NCBI GenBank assembly: GCA_043820875.1
Contig: JBDRDI010000021.1
Location: 91-64,090, forward strand
Origin: a bacterium
GTDB taxonomy: Bacteria > Patescibacteriota > Patescibacteriia > Patescibacteriales > UBA12075
DNA length: 64,000 nucleotides
Direction of reading: 5' to 3'
The notes under the pieces were generated by a model. That model worked only from the letters and a program-made list of their open reading frames with translations, made no database searches and was not told where the DNA came from. A program made the position numbers and the translations under genes. This document shows, piece after piece, positions 17,698 to 26,141 of the stretch. Positions within the stretch are counted from its first letter, which is position 1. Each line of letters opens with the position of its first letter.

Positions 17698-18453
17698 TTA
17701 GCAGGAAACTACTGGACGAGAGCACAAAAACCCATACGCACCCAACGGAGGGCACCAATCGGAGCCGAACCTGCCGCGCTCAACGCGGAAGTCGGCGCGC
17801 GGCACGCCGCCATCCGAGTCGCGCGAACCTGAACACAAAGTAACATTTTTTTGGTCTATCATCGCCTTGTGTTTCCACCAAGCAAATAAACCAAAGATTC
17901 CTCGCTCCATCCGCGTCATGGTCAAAATGCCCTGCTCGGCAATCCAGTTCGCGGACTTTTCCTTGTATATTTCATCCGCCTCGTAAGAACCACTGTGCCA
18001 AATGGCGTAGCTCTTTTCAGTCGTCCTTTCTTCTTTGGACATATCCATCATGGACGGCCAGTTTTTGTCCCAATCCCAGCATTTCGAATACTGCTTTTTC
18101 TCGACATTGTGGACATACTCATACGTCAGACCAGCCGGCATGAACTGCAGAAAATTAAGAAACTGGTTGGAGTTTTCCGGAATTTTCACGCCGGAGAAAT
18201 CAACTTCCAATCCGAAAACCTCTTTGTAAAACTTCTGCCATTCGCGGCGAGAAGCGGCGGAAGTGTCGGCTTGATCAAAAATAGCGTTAACTACTTTCAC
18301 GATCAAAGCGTCACTGGCCTTGCCCTCTTTTACAAGAGCATGAATGCAAGCATCGTCAATTCCGCGTCGGCGAGCTTCAACAATAATTCCGCTTGCCAAA
18401 CTGCCAATCCACCCGGCTCCGCTAACAATTAACGAAACGTTTTTTTTACTCAT
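17698..18453 (-). CDS. DGR target (variable) protein, probable C-type-lectin-like C-terminus
   Basis: The last ~42 codons are the VR: SRDSDGGVPRADFRVERGRFGSDWCPPLGAYGFLCSRPVVS. Confidence 0.92.
   Translation of the reverse strand: MSKKNVSLIVSGAGWIGSLASGIIVEARRRGIDDACIHALVKEGKASDALIVKVVNAIFDQADTSAASRREWQKFYKEVFGLEVDFSGVKIPENSNQFLNFLQFMPAGLTYEYVHNVEKKQYSKCWDWDKNWPSMMDMSKEERTTEKSYAIWHSGSYEADEIYKEKSANWIAEQGILTMTRMERGIFGLFAWWKHKAMIDQKNVTLCSGSRDSDGGVPRADFRVERGRFGSDWCPPLGAYGFLCSRPVVSC
17704..17830 (-). repeat. DGR variable repeat (VR)
   Basis: Adenine-specific divergence from TR at the 3' end of the target gene. Confidence 0.96.
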
Positions 18454-18606
18454 TATCCTTCTCCTTTTTTTGGCTCATCCCTCGCTTCAACACGATGTTG
18501 AAGCCCCGGACTCACCGTTATTATTACAGCTTGCAAAAAACTTTAAATAAAATTTCTTAAAAGCTGTAATAATTTGTGAATTTTAAAGAACACAAACTAA
18601 TCTTTA

Positions 18607-18635
18607 AGGATAGCACAAATATAAACAAATGTCAA
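18607..18635 (-). promoter_or_regulatory. Sigma70-type promoter of the DGR target gene
   Basis: TTGACA-17 bp-TATCCT with TG extension. Confidence 0.65.
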
Positions 18636-18689
18636 TATTAAAAACAATAGCTAATTTTAGCTATGTTTTCATTAAAAATTACTTAATTA

Positions 18690-19028
18690 CTATGTATTAT
18701 GCAAAATACGCTCTATATCTTTCTTCAATTTTGGCAAATCATTTTTAACGGTATCCCAAACTAACTTTAAGTCCACTCCAAAATAATGATGAATTAATTT
18801 ATCGCGCATTCTGGCTATTTTATTGAAATCCGCGTCTTTATTTTTTTTCACAAAATCTTTATCCAAATTTTTTACGGCCTCGCCGATTATCTCCATTCTT
18901 CTCACGACTGCGTCTTGAATGGTCATATTCCCGGAATATTCCGCTTCTGAAACATTTTTTAAAGTATTATTTATAATTTCAATGCTTCCCAAGGCATGCT
19001 TTAAAAATATTTTATTGTCTTTAACCAT
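18690..19028 (-). CDS. HEPN (DUF86/HepT-like) RNase toxin
   Basis: DAVVRRMEIIGEA and RDKLIHHY (RxxxxH); start probably ATG 19028 overlapping the antitoxin stop. Confidence 0.9.
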   Translation of the reverse strand: MVKDNKIFLKHALGSIEIINNTLKNVSEAEYSGNMTIQDAVVRRMEIIGEAVKNLDKDFVKKNKDADFNKIARMRDKLIHHYFGVDLKLVWDTVKNDLPKLKKDIERILHNT

Positions 19029-19311
19029 ATATTTTAACTTCATCTCTTAAAATATTTTTTTTAAGCAAAGGATTAATAGAGTTGTAAGTGAGCAAGTCAA
19101 TTTTTCTTTTTACTTTCTTCTCCAATTCCATTTCCAGCCCGATTAAATCAAGCAAAGTCTTGCCATCTTTCAAGTCAACCAACATGTCAATATCGCTGTC
19201 TTTATTATTATCGCCACGAGCAAAAGAGCCGAAAATTGATGATTTTCTGACTTCATGTTTTTTAAGTATGGGTATTATTTTAAATTGTATTTCTTTGATT
19301 TTGTTGTTCAT
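19021..19311 (-). CDS. Minimal nucleotidyltransferase (MNT) antitoxin
   Basis: FGSFARGD....SDIDMLV (GSx10DxD); paired with HEPN. Confidence 0.9.
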   Translation of the reverse strand: MNNKIKEIQFKIIPILKKHEVRKSSIFGSFARGDNNKDSDIDMLVDLKDGKTLLDLIGLEMELEKKVKRKIDLLTYNSINPLLKKNILRDEVKIYG

Positions 19312-19356
19312 ATATAATCAATATATCAAATAATTATCAAAAAAACAAGGAAAAAA

Positions 19357-20412
19357 TTATTTCAAATACCTCGCCTTATTATTCAAATGTTCATCATAGG
19401 TCTTGGCGAAAACAGTTTCGCCATTATCCGGCCGGCTTAGGAAATAATAATAATTCGTTTTTTCCGGATAAATCGCGGCGACAATTGCGTTGAGTCCCGG
19501 ATTACTGATCGGTCCGGGTGGCAAGCCATAATTTTGATAAGTATTGTACGGGGACTTGATTTTTGTGTCCTCAACGGAGTATTGCGGTTTGTTAACGCCA
19601 AGTATGTACGCCAAAGTCGCGCAAGATTCAAGGGGCTTATTAATTCCGATTCTGTTCCAAAATATTCCGGAAACGATTTTCATGTCTTCCACACTGCGCA
19701 CTTCTTTTTCAATAACAGAGGCCATAGTCATAATTTCAAAAATTGTCTTGTTCTGTCTCGCTATCTCGTCTTTCATTTCTTTTGTTAATTTTTTATCAAA
19801 ATTATTCAAAGTCTTTTCAACTATATCTTCGGCCGTGGAATCTTTAAAAATTTTATAAGTATCAGGGAAAATATATCCTTCCAATCCGGCGTTTTTGGGA
19901 GAGTCGCTTAAAAATTCATATTCTTCTTGATATTCTTTAAAATTATTTTTGGTGATTTGTATAAAATCTCCGCTTTGAATAATATTATTGGTTGACAAAT
20001 ATTTATCCATATCCGCGATACTCCATCCCTCAATTATTTTGATTGTCAGTTCGTCATCCACAACCTCTCCAGCAGTCAATAATTTTACAATTTCTTTTAT
20101 GTTCATAGACCGGCTTAATTCATATTCACCGGCTTGTACTTTTTTTTCCAAATTATTTTTCTTTAAATATAATTCAAAAAAATATTTTGATTTTATAAAT
20201 TCTTTATCTTCCAGATTTACGGCGATATTATTAACACTCTCCCCTTTCTCAATAACAAAAATTTCAGCATTATCATTTTCATCTACGGGCGTATTTATTA
20301 CTTTTTGATACGTCAACGCCCAGACAAAATAAATTGCCAAAAGAAAAACGAAAATTATAATTAAAGATTTTGTTGGTTTGCGCATATTTATATTATAAAT
20401 TTTATATTCCAA
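19357..20412 (-). CDS. mltG: Endolytic transglycosylase MltG
   Basis: LEGYIFPDTY, ASVIEKE, SPYNTY...GLPPGPISNPG. Confidence 0.95.
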   Translation of the reverse strand: MEYKIYNINMRKPTKSLIIIFVFLLAIYFVWALTYQKVINTPVDENDNAEIFVIEKGESVNNIAVNLEDKEFIKSKYFFELYLKKNNLEKKVQAGEYELSRSMNIKEIVKLLTAGEVVDDELTIKIIEGWSIADMDKYLSTNNIIQSGDFIQITKNNFKEYQEEYEFLSDSPKNAGLEGYIFPDTYKIFKDSTAEDIVEKTLNNFDKKLTKEMKDEIARQNKTIFEIMTMASVIEKEVRSVEDMKIVSGIFWNRIGINKPLESCATLAYILGVNKPQYSVEDTKIKSPYNTYQNYGLPPGPISNPGLNAIVAAIYPEKTNYYYFLSRPDNGETVFAKTYDEHLNNKARYLK

Positions 20413-20414
20413 AT

Positions 20415-21455
20415 TTACAAATATTTTTCCTTCCCCTCTTCTTTCAACTTTTTAATCAATTCGGTAATGTGAACTACGTGATCTTTCGCGGCGACAATCA
20501 GAACATCGTCGGTGTTAACCACAACCATACCATCCAGACCGACTGCTGCAACCAATTTTCCTTCTTCGGTGTTGTAAATCAATGAATCAACCGTATTTAA
20601 GGAGCTGGCCAGACCTTCAACAACATTGTCTTTGTTACTTTTACCCAGTGCTTCTTTGAAGGCATATAGCGTTCCGGGATCGCTCCAGTCCATATTCGTT
20701 TTAATTACAACCGCGTTGGATAAATCAACTTTCTCAAGTATGGCGTTGTCAAAAGAAATGCTTTCCGCATCATCATATTTTTCGCTTTCAACACAATTAT
20801 ATATGTTCGGGGCCAAAAGTCGGTATTCTTTTTCCAAAAACTCAATAGAGGTGATAAAATATCCCGGGTTCCAATAATATTCTCCGGACTCAAACATGCG
20901 ACAACAATCTTCCGCCGGCGGTCTATACTTCCAACCGGCAAACTCAAAATAGTCAATTTCGTTTTTCATACCAATCTTCTGTCCGACTTTTATCCACCCC
21001 AAGTTGTTATTGGCAAAACGCGGTTTTTCTCCCAAAAAAACAAAACTTTCCGGACGTTCACTGATTATTTCTTCTCCCGATTGCAAGGCCTTTACAAATT
21101 CGTGGCTGTTTTCCATTAAATGATCTGACCAAAGAATCGCCATCGGACCTGCAAACCCGCGTTTTTTCAATTCCATGACCGTAAAACAAACAGCAGGACC
21201 CAAATTTCTGCGAGCCGGCTCAATAAAGATATTTTCGCGCGGCAATTTCGGAAGCTGTTCATGCACTATGTCAATATATTGAGCAACTGTTTGGACGCAA
21301 ATATCTTCAACAGGAAAAGCGGAGCTTACACGGTCAAAGGCTAATTGCAGAGTTGATTTTCCGGCAAAAATTTTATGAAATTGTTTCGGCGAATTTTCTC
21401 TTGATAATGGCCAAAGTCGCGTGCCAACACCGCCGGCAAAAATTACTAGTTTCAT
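20415..21455 (-). CDS. Mannose-1-phosphate guanylyltransferase family protein
   Basis: AGGVGTRLWPLSR..PKQF, EP..RN, WSD.G. Confidence 0.88.
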   Translation of the reverse strand: MKLVIFAGGVGTRLWPLSRENSPKQFHKIFAGKSTLQLAFDRVSSAFPVEDICVQTVAQYIDIVHEQLPKLPRENIFIEPARRNLGPAVCFTVMELKKRGFAGPMAILWSDHLMENSHEFVKALQSGEEIISERPESFVFLGEKPRFANNNLGWIKVGQKIGMKNEIDYFEFAGWKYRPPAEDCCRMFESGEYYWNPGYFITSIEFLEKEYRLLAPNIYNCVESEKYDDAESISFDNAILEKVDLSNAVVIKTNMDWSDPGTLYAFKEALGKSNKDNVVEGLASSLNTVDSLIYNTEEGKLVAAVGLDGMVVVNTDDVLIVAAKDHVVHITELIKKLKEEGKEKYL

Positions 21456-22273
21456 AATTTTACAATATACCAGATTACAAGCGCAAAGGCCAGCGCAAAT
21501 CTATAATAAGCGAATACGTTTAATTTATTATTTCTTGAAAACAAAAGAAGATATTTAATAGCCGCGAGTCCGGCAAAAAAACAAAAGACAAAAGCGACCG
21601 CGGCGATTTTTAATTCTTCCGCGTTCATTCCGGCGTTGAACATATCTGGAAAATTTTTCACGCTTGCTCCAAAAATGATGGGCATAGACAAAAGAAAAGA
21701 AAATTTAACCGCCTCTTCTCTCTTTAAATTTACAAACAATCCTGATATAATAGTAATGCCGGATCGAGAAACTCCCGGAATCAAGGCGATTGCTTGTGAG
21801 AAACCAATTAAAATTGATTTTTTCTGATTCAATTCCGAGATAGCGCTTATTTTTTTACTATATTTTTCAGCAAGAATAAACAAGGCTCCCACCACGGCCA
21901 TGGCAATTGCCACGATAAGAATGGCGGAAGATCCTTCATGTAAATTTTTTTCAATATAATCGTTGAAAAGCAAACCAAAAATAACCGCCGGAATGGTAGC
22001 GACAAAAATAAGCCACGACAATTTGCTTGCTTCGCTTTTTTTACCAACGAAACTCAATACCCATGATTTTAATAACAACCAAACGTCTTTTCTAAAAAAA
22101 TACAATAACGATAAAAGCGTTGCCAAATGCAAAAAGACATCAAAAGCCATCTCGTCTCTTATCGGAATCTTTATAATATTATGCAAAATAACAAGATGGC
22201 CAGAACTGGAAATCGGCAAAAATTCAGTGATACCTTGCACTATGCCAAAAATTATAGAATATAAATAATTCAT
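21452..22273 (-). CDS. uppP: Undecaprenyl-diphosphatase
   Basis: QGITEFLPISSSGHL, PGVSRSG. Confidence 0.96.
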   Translation of the reverse strand: MNYLYSIIFGIVQGITEFLPISSSGHLVILHNIIKIPIRDEMAFDVFLHLATLLSLLYFFRKDVWLLLKSWVLSFVGKKSEASKLSWLIFVATIPAVIFGLLFNDYIEKNLHEGSSAILIVAIAMAVVGALFILAEKYSKKISAISELNQKKSILIGFSQAIALIPGVSRSGITIISGLFVNLKREEAVKFSFLLSMPIIFGASVKNFPDMFNAGMNAEELKIAAVAFVFCFFAGLAAIKYLLLFSRNNKLNVFAYYRFALAFALVIWYIVKL

Positions 22274-22284
22274 AAATTAAGTTC

Positions 22285-22354
22285 GTTAAATTTTTATTTT
22301 GTTTGTTAGACTGGGTTTTAAAACCCAGCCTAACAAACAAAATAAAAATTTAAC
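22285..22354. repeat. 70-bp palindrome (35-bp arms, 1 mismatch) filling a divergent intergenic region
   Basis: gttaaatttttattttgtttgttagactgggtttt|aaaacccagcctaacaaacaaaataaaaatttaac. Confidence 0.85.
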
Positions 22355-22366
22355 AAATTAAAAATT

Positions 22367-22801
22367 ATGTTACCAATTTTACTGCCGCCAATCATTGCCG
22401 GCATTATTGCTCAAACGAGCAAATTCTTTATTAAATCCAATCATCTAAAATTCAAAAGAAAAGAATTAATGTCTTATTCCGGTATGCCTTCCGGACACGC
22501 GGCCATTGTCATATCACTCTCTGTCAGCATTTTATTAAATGAAGGACTCGGATCTCCTCTCTTTGCCATCAGTTCTGTTGTGGCCCTGGTTGTAATCAGA
22601 GATGCCATGGGTATCAGACGATATCTCGGCCAACACGGACGAACTCTCAATATTTTGGTAAAAGATTTAAGCGATGACAATGTTTTGGATAAAAACTATC
22701 CGCACCTATTGGAAAGAATCGGTCATACGCCGGCGCAAATTATTGTCGGCACGGCAATCGGTCTTGTTGTAAGCTTGGCGTATTATTTTTTACTATATTA
22801 A
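22367..22801 (+). CDS. Divergent PAP2 family (DUF212) protein
   Basis: GMPSGHA, DAMGIRR, ERIGHTP. Confidence 0.9.
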   Translation: MLPILLPPIIAGIIAQTSKFFIKSNHLKFKRKELMSYSGMPSGHAAIVISLSVSILLNEGLGSPLFAISSVVALVVIRDAMGIRRYLGQHGRTLNILVKDLSDDNVLDKNYPHLLERIGHTPAQIIVGTAIGLVVSLAYYFLLY

Positions 22802-24406
22802 ACTTATTCCCTTCATTTCGTCCGGCTTTTTTAAGCCCATAATTTTTAAAATTGTCGGCGCAACATCGGCCAAAATTCCTTGCGATTTAATCATGCTCAA
22901 ATCACTGTCCACGACATTCGGCCATCCAAAATTTTGTCCCTGATATTCATTGCTGACAATAACAAACGGCACAGGATCGGATGAATGCTTTTTATCAATC
23001 TGCCCGGTCTGCATATTAATCATCACATCGGCATTACCGTGATCAGCAGTGATGATTGTCATGCCATTTTTTGCCAAACACGCGCTGGTTATTCTTTCCA
23101 CGCATTTGTCCAAAATTTCAATCGCCTTAACGGTTGCTTCCATGTTTCCGGTGTGACCAACCATATCAGCATTCGGATAATTAATCAAAATAAAATCATA
23201 TTTATCCGACTCAATCGCTTCTAAAACTTTTTTTGTAAGCTCACCGGACGACATTTCCGGTTTTTGGTCATAACTTGATACCTGCGGAGATGGAACTAAA
23301 CAATGATCCTCGCCGCTACTCTTTTCTTCATGTCCGCCATTAAAAAAATACGTCACATGCGCGTATTTTTCCGTTTCTGAAATTCTTAATTGTTGCAAAC
23401 CAGCCGTAGAAAAAATTTCTCCAAGAGAATTGTCGGTTTTTTCAGATGGAAAAGCAACTTTAACCGACAAACCTTTTTCATATTCGGTAAAACAAGTAAA
23501 ATTCAAATTCTTTAATATTCTTCTTTCAAATTTGTCAAAATCGGACGCAGTAAAAGCTTTTGTAATTTGTCTGGCTCTGTCCGCTCGGAAATTAAAAAAT
23601 ATTACTGAATCATTATCGGAAATGATATTCGGCTTCTCACCTTCTTTGGCAATCACAGTGGGGATAAATTCTTCATCATAAATTTTTTTCTGATAACTTT
23701 CTTCTACTGCTTTTGAAGGATCTTCCGCACTGTTGCCGTTTCCACCCACCATGGCCGAATAAGCCTTAAACGTTCTGTCCCAATTATTATTTCTATCCAT
23801 TGTATAAAATCTTCCGGAAATCGTGGCGATTTTACCTATACCATATTCTGATATGGCACGCTCTACGTCTCTGATAAAATTAAATCCGCTATTATACGGA
23901 GAATCGCGACCGTCCAATATGGCGTGTATATAAACTCTATCAAATTGTTCTTTCTTTAATAGTGACAATAAAACATAGAGGTGCTCAATGGAAGCATGAA
24001 CCGATCCGCCGGAGATAAGACCCATGAGGTGCAATTTGGAATTATTTTTTTTGGCATGTTCAATCGCCTCAAGAAGCGCCGGATTTTTGAAGAAATTGCC
24101 GTCATTGATGTCTTTAATAATGCGCGGTAAATCTTGATACAATATTCTACCCAATCCCAAGCTGATATGTCCCACTTCACTGTTGCCAGACTCTCCCCAC
24201 GGCAAACCAACCGCCTCGCCACTCGCACGTAAAGTTGTTGACGGATATTCGGCAATCAATTTCTTTATATTCGGAGTGTTTGCTTGAGTAATAGCATTAC
24301 CGACATATGACTGATTCACTCCCCAGCCATCCAAAATAACCAAAACAACCGGCTTGGGACGCTTAAAAGATTCTTCTTCTTTATTATTTATTATTGTTTC
24401 TTTCAT
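22793..24406 (-). CDS. gpmI: 2,3-bisphosphoglycerate-independent phosphoglycerate mutase (copy 2)
   Basis: ILDGWG, GNSEVGH, DMVGHTG, TADHGN. Confidence 0.95.
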   Translation of the reverse strand: MKETIINNKEEESFKRPKPVVLVILDGWGVNQSYVGNAITQANTPNIKKLIAEYPSTTLRASGEAVGLPWGESGNSEVGHISLGLGRILYQDLPRIIKDINDGNFFKNPALLEAIEHAKKNNSKLHLMGLISGGSVHASIEHLYVLLSLLKKEQFDRVYIHAILDGRDSPYNSGFNFIRDVERAISEYGIGKIATISGRFYTMDRNNNWDRTFKAYSAMVGGNGNSAEDPSKAVEESYQKKIYDEEFIPTVIAKEGEKPNIISDNDSVIFFNFRADRARQITKAFTASDFDKFERRILKNLNFTCFTEYEKGLSVKVAFPSEKTDNSLGEIFSTAGLQQLRISETEKYAHVTYFFNGGHEEKSSGEDHCLVPSPQVSSYDQKPEMSSGELTKKVLEAIESDKYDFILINYPNADMVGHTGNMEATVKAIEILDKCVERITSACLAKNGMTIITADHGNADVMINMQTGQIDKKHSSDPVPFVIVSNEYQGQNFGWPNVVDSDLSMIKSQGILADVAPTILKIMGLKKPDEMKGISLI

Positions 24407-25977
24407 AAATTTATTTTCCCATAAAACAAGCTCTCTCCGTTCATTTCTGTCGGTTTCTTATGATTTAATAAATCCAATATGGTCGGAGAAATATCACTCA
24501 ACGCGCCTTGTTTTTTTAATTTTATTTTATTTTTTAATTTGTCGTTAACAATAACAAATGGAACTTTATTGACGGTGTGCTCCGTAAACAATTCTCCGGT
24601 TTTTAAATCAATCATCTTTTCAACATTTCCGTGATCGGCTGTAATTATTATCGTGCCTTTCTCTTTCAAATAATCTTTTACTATCCGGCCAACGCATTTA
24701 TCAACTGCCTCGCAACAAGCAATAGACGCCACCAAATTTCCAGTATGACCGACCATGTCCGGCGCCGCAAAATTCACTGTTATAAAATCAAATTTTTTCT
24801 TTTTTAAATCTTCTAAAACTATTTCAGTAATTTTAAGCGAGCTCATGGCTGGAGTAATATCGTAAGACCGGACATTCGGCGACGATACCATTATTCTTTT
24901 TTCTTTATCAACTAAATCGCGATAACCGCCGTTAAAAAAATAGGTGACATGCGCGTATTTTTCACTTTCCGCGATGTATAATTGTTTAATGTCGCGCAGA
25001 ACCATGGGCAAAGTATTTTCCAAATCAATATCCGGAAAAGCCGTAATAACATTATCCAACTCTAAACCGAAATTAGTCAAGGAAACAAAATAAATTCTTT
25101 TTAATTCTTTAACGCGCTTAAATTCATAATTTTCTTCATTGAAATTTTTTTGCGCGAATACTCTTGACAATTGTCTGGCGCGATCAGATCTTAAGTTGAA
25201 AAAAATAATACTGTCTTTGTCTTCAATTCTGGAATTTTCTTTATTGTTTTCTATAATACACGGATCAATAAATTCATCACTATCGCCTTCTCCATAAGAA
25301 GCGGCAATTGCCCCAGAAGCGCTTTTCGCTTTCTTTCCTTCACCCGCGACAAGCGCGTTGTAGGCCTTCATTGTTCTTCCCCATTCCTGTTTTCTGTCCA
25401 TGGCATAAAACCGACCGATAATGGTGGCAATTTTAAATTTATTCCCGTATTTTTTTTCAAAAGCACGCACCAATTTCAAAGCGGAATATTGGGGAGAATC
25501 TCTGCCGTCTGTAAAAAAATGCAAATAAACTTTTTTAATTTTATGTTCTTCTAAAAATTTTAGCAAATTATAAAGATGCTCAGGGTCAACGTGCGGACTT
25601 GATTTGGAAGATAATAAACCGATTAAATGCAATTTGGAATCCAGTTCTTTTACATGCCTGACAGCGCCCAAAAAAGCCGGATTCTTTTCAAAGGTACCGT
25701 CTTTAATCGCTTTATTAATTTTAACACTATCTTGCAAAACCATCCTGCCGGCGCCGATATTCATGTGTCCCGCTTCGCTGTTTCCAGGCTGGTTCGCAGG
25801 CAATCCGACATGTTTGCCATGAGCAAACAATTCCGTGTGCGGATATTTTTTATACAGCCAATCCATCACCGGCGTATCAGCCGATTCAACAGCATTCCCC
25901 TTGTTCGGCTCTGCCAATCCCCAGCCATCCAAGATAATTAAAATCAACGGTGTATTTTGTTTGTTTGATTTTTTCAT
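24403..25977 (-). CDS. gpmI: 2,3-bisphosphoglycerate-independent phosphoglycerate mutase (copy 1)
   Basis: ILDGWG, GNSEAGH, DMVGHTG, TADHGN. Confidence 0.95.
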   Translation of the reverse strand: MKKSNKQNTPLILIILDGWGLAEPNKGNAVESADTPVMDWLYKKYPHTELFAHGKHVGLPANQPGNSEAGHMNIGAGRMVLQDSVKINKAIKDGTFEKNPAFLGAVRHVKELDSKLHLIGLLSSKSSPHVDPEHLYNLLKFLEEHKIKKVYLHFFTDGRDSPQYSALKLVRAFEKKYGNKFKIATIIGRFYAMDRKQEWGRTMKAYNALVAGEGKKAKSASGAIAASYGEGDSDEFIDPCIIENNKENSRIEDKDSIIFFNLRSDRARQLSRVFAQKNFNEENYEFKRVKELKRIYFVSLTNFGLELDNVITAFPDIDLENTLPMVLRDIKQLYIAESEKYAHVTYFFNGGYRDLVDKEKRIMVSSPNVRSYDITPAMSSLKITEIVLEDLKKKKFDFITVNFAAPDMVGHTGNLVASIACCEAVDKCVGRIVKDYLKEKGTIIITADHGNVEKMIDLKTGELFTEHTVNKVPFVIVNDKLKNKIKLKKQGALSDISPTILDLLNHKKPTEMNGESLFYGKINL

Positions 25978-26029
25978 TATTTTATTTCGTATTTTTGATA
26001 ATCTATATTTTTTATGTTTTTATTATTTT

Positions 26030-26123
26030 TTGTTCCGGCAGAGTCTCCTCGCAAGGGACTCTGCCGCGGTTTTACTTTCACCGCCACGTCGTAGTCCTCT
26101 GCGGAGAGACTACGACGGAACAA
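26030..26123. other. GC-rich four-way-junction structured element in the eno-gpmI spacer
   Basis: Outer stem ttgttcc/ggaacaa enclosing three hairpins. Confidence 0.65.
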
Positions 26124-26141
26124 GCAAAATAAATAATAAAA

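Larger units (their letters stand above)
15903..18453. mobile_element. Diversity-generating retroelement cassette
   Basis: RT, Avd, TR, VR-bearing target gene and hairpin are contiguous. Confidence 0.95.

Noticed and set aside
17641-17832. 63-aa plus-strand ORF
   Set aside because: Antisense shadow of the VR and hairpin; no RBS
26030-26123. tRNA gene
   Set aside because: Cloverleaf-like, but lacks the TTCRA T-loop, D-loop GG and canonical arm lengths
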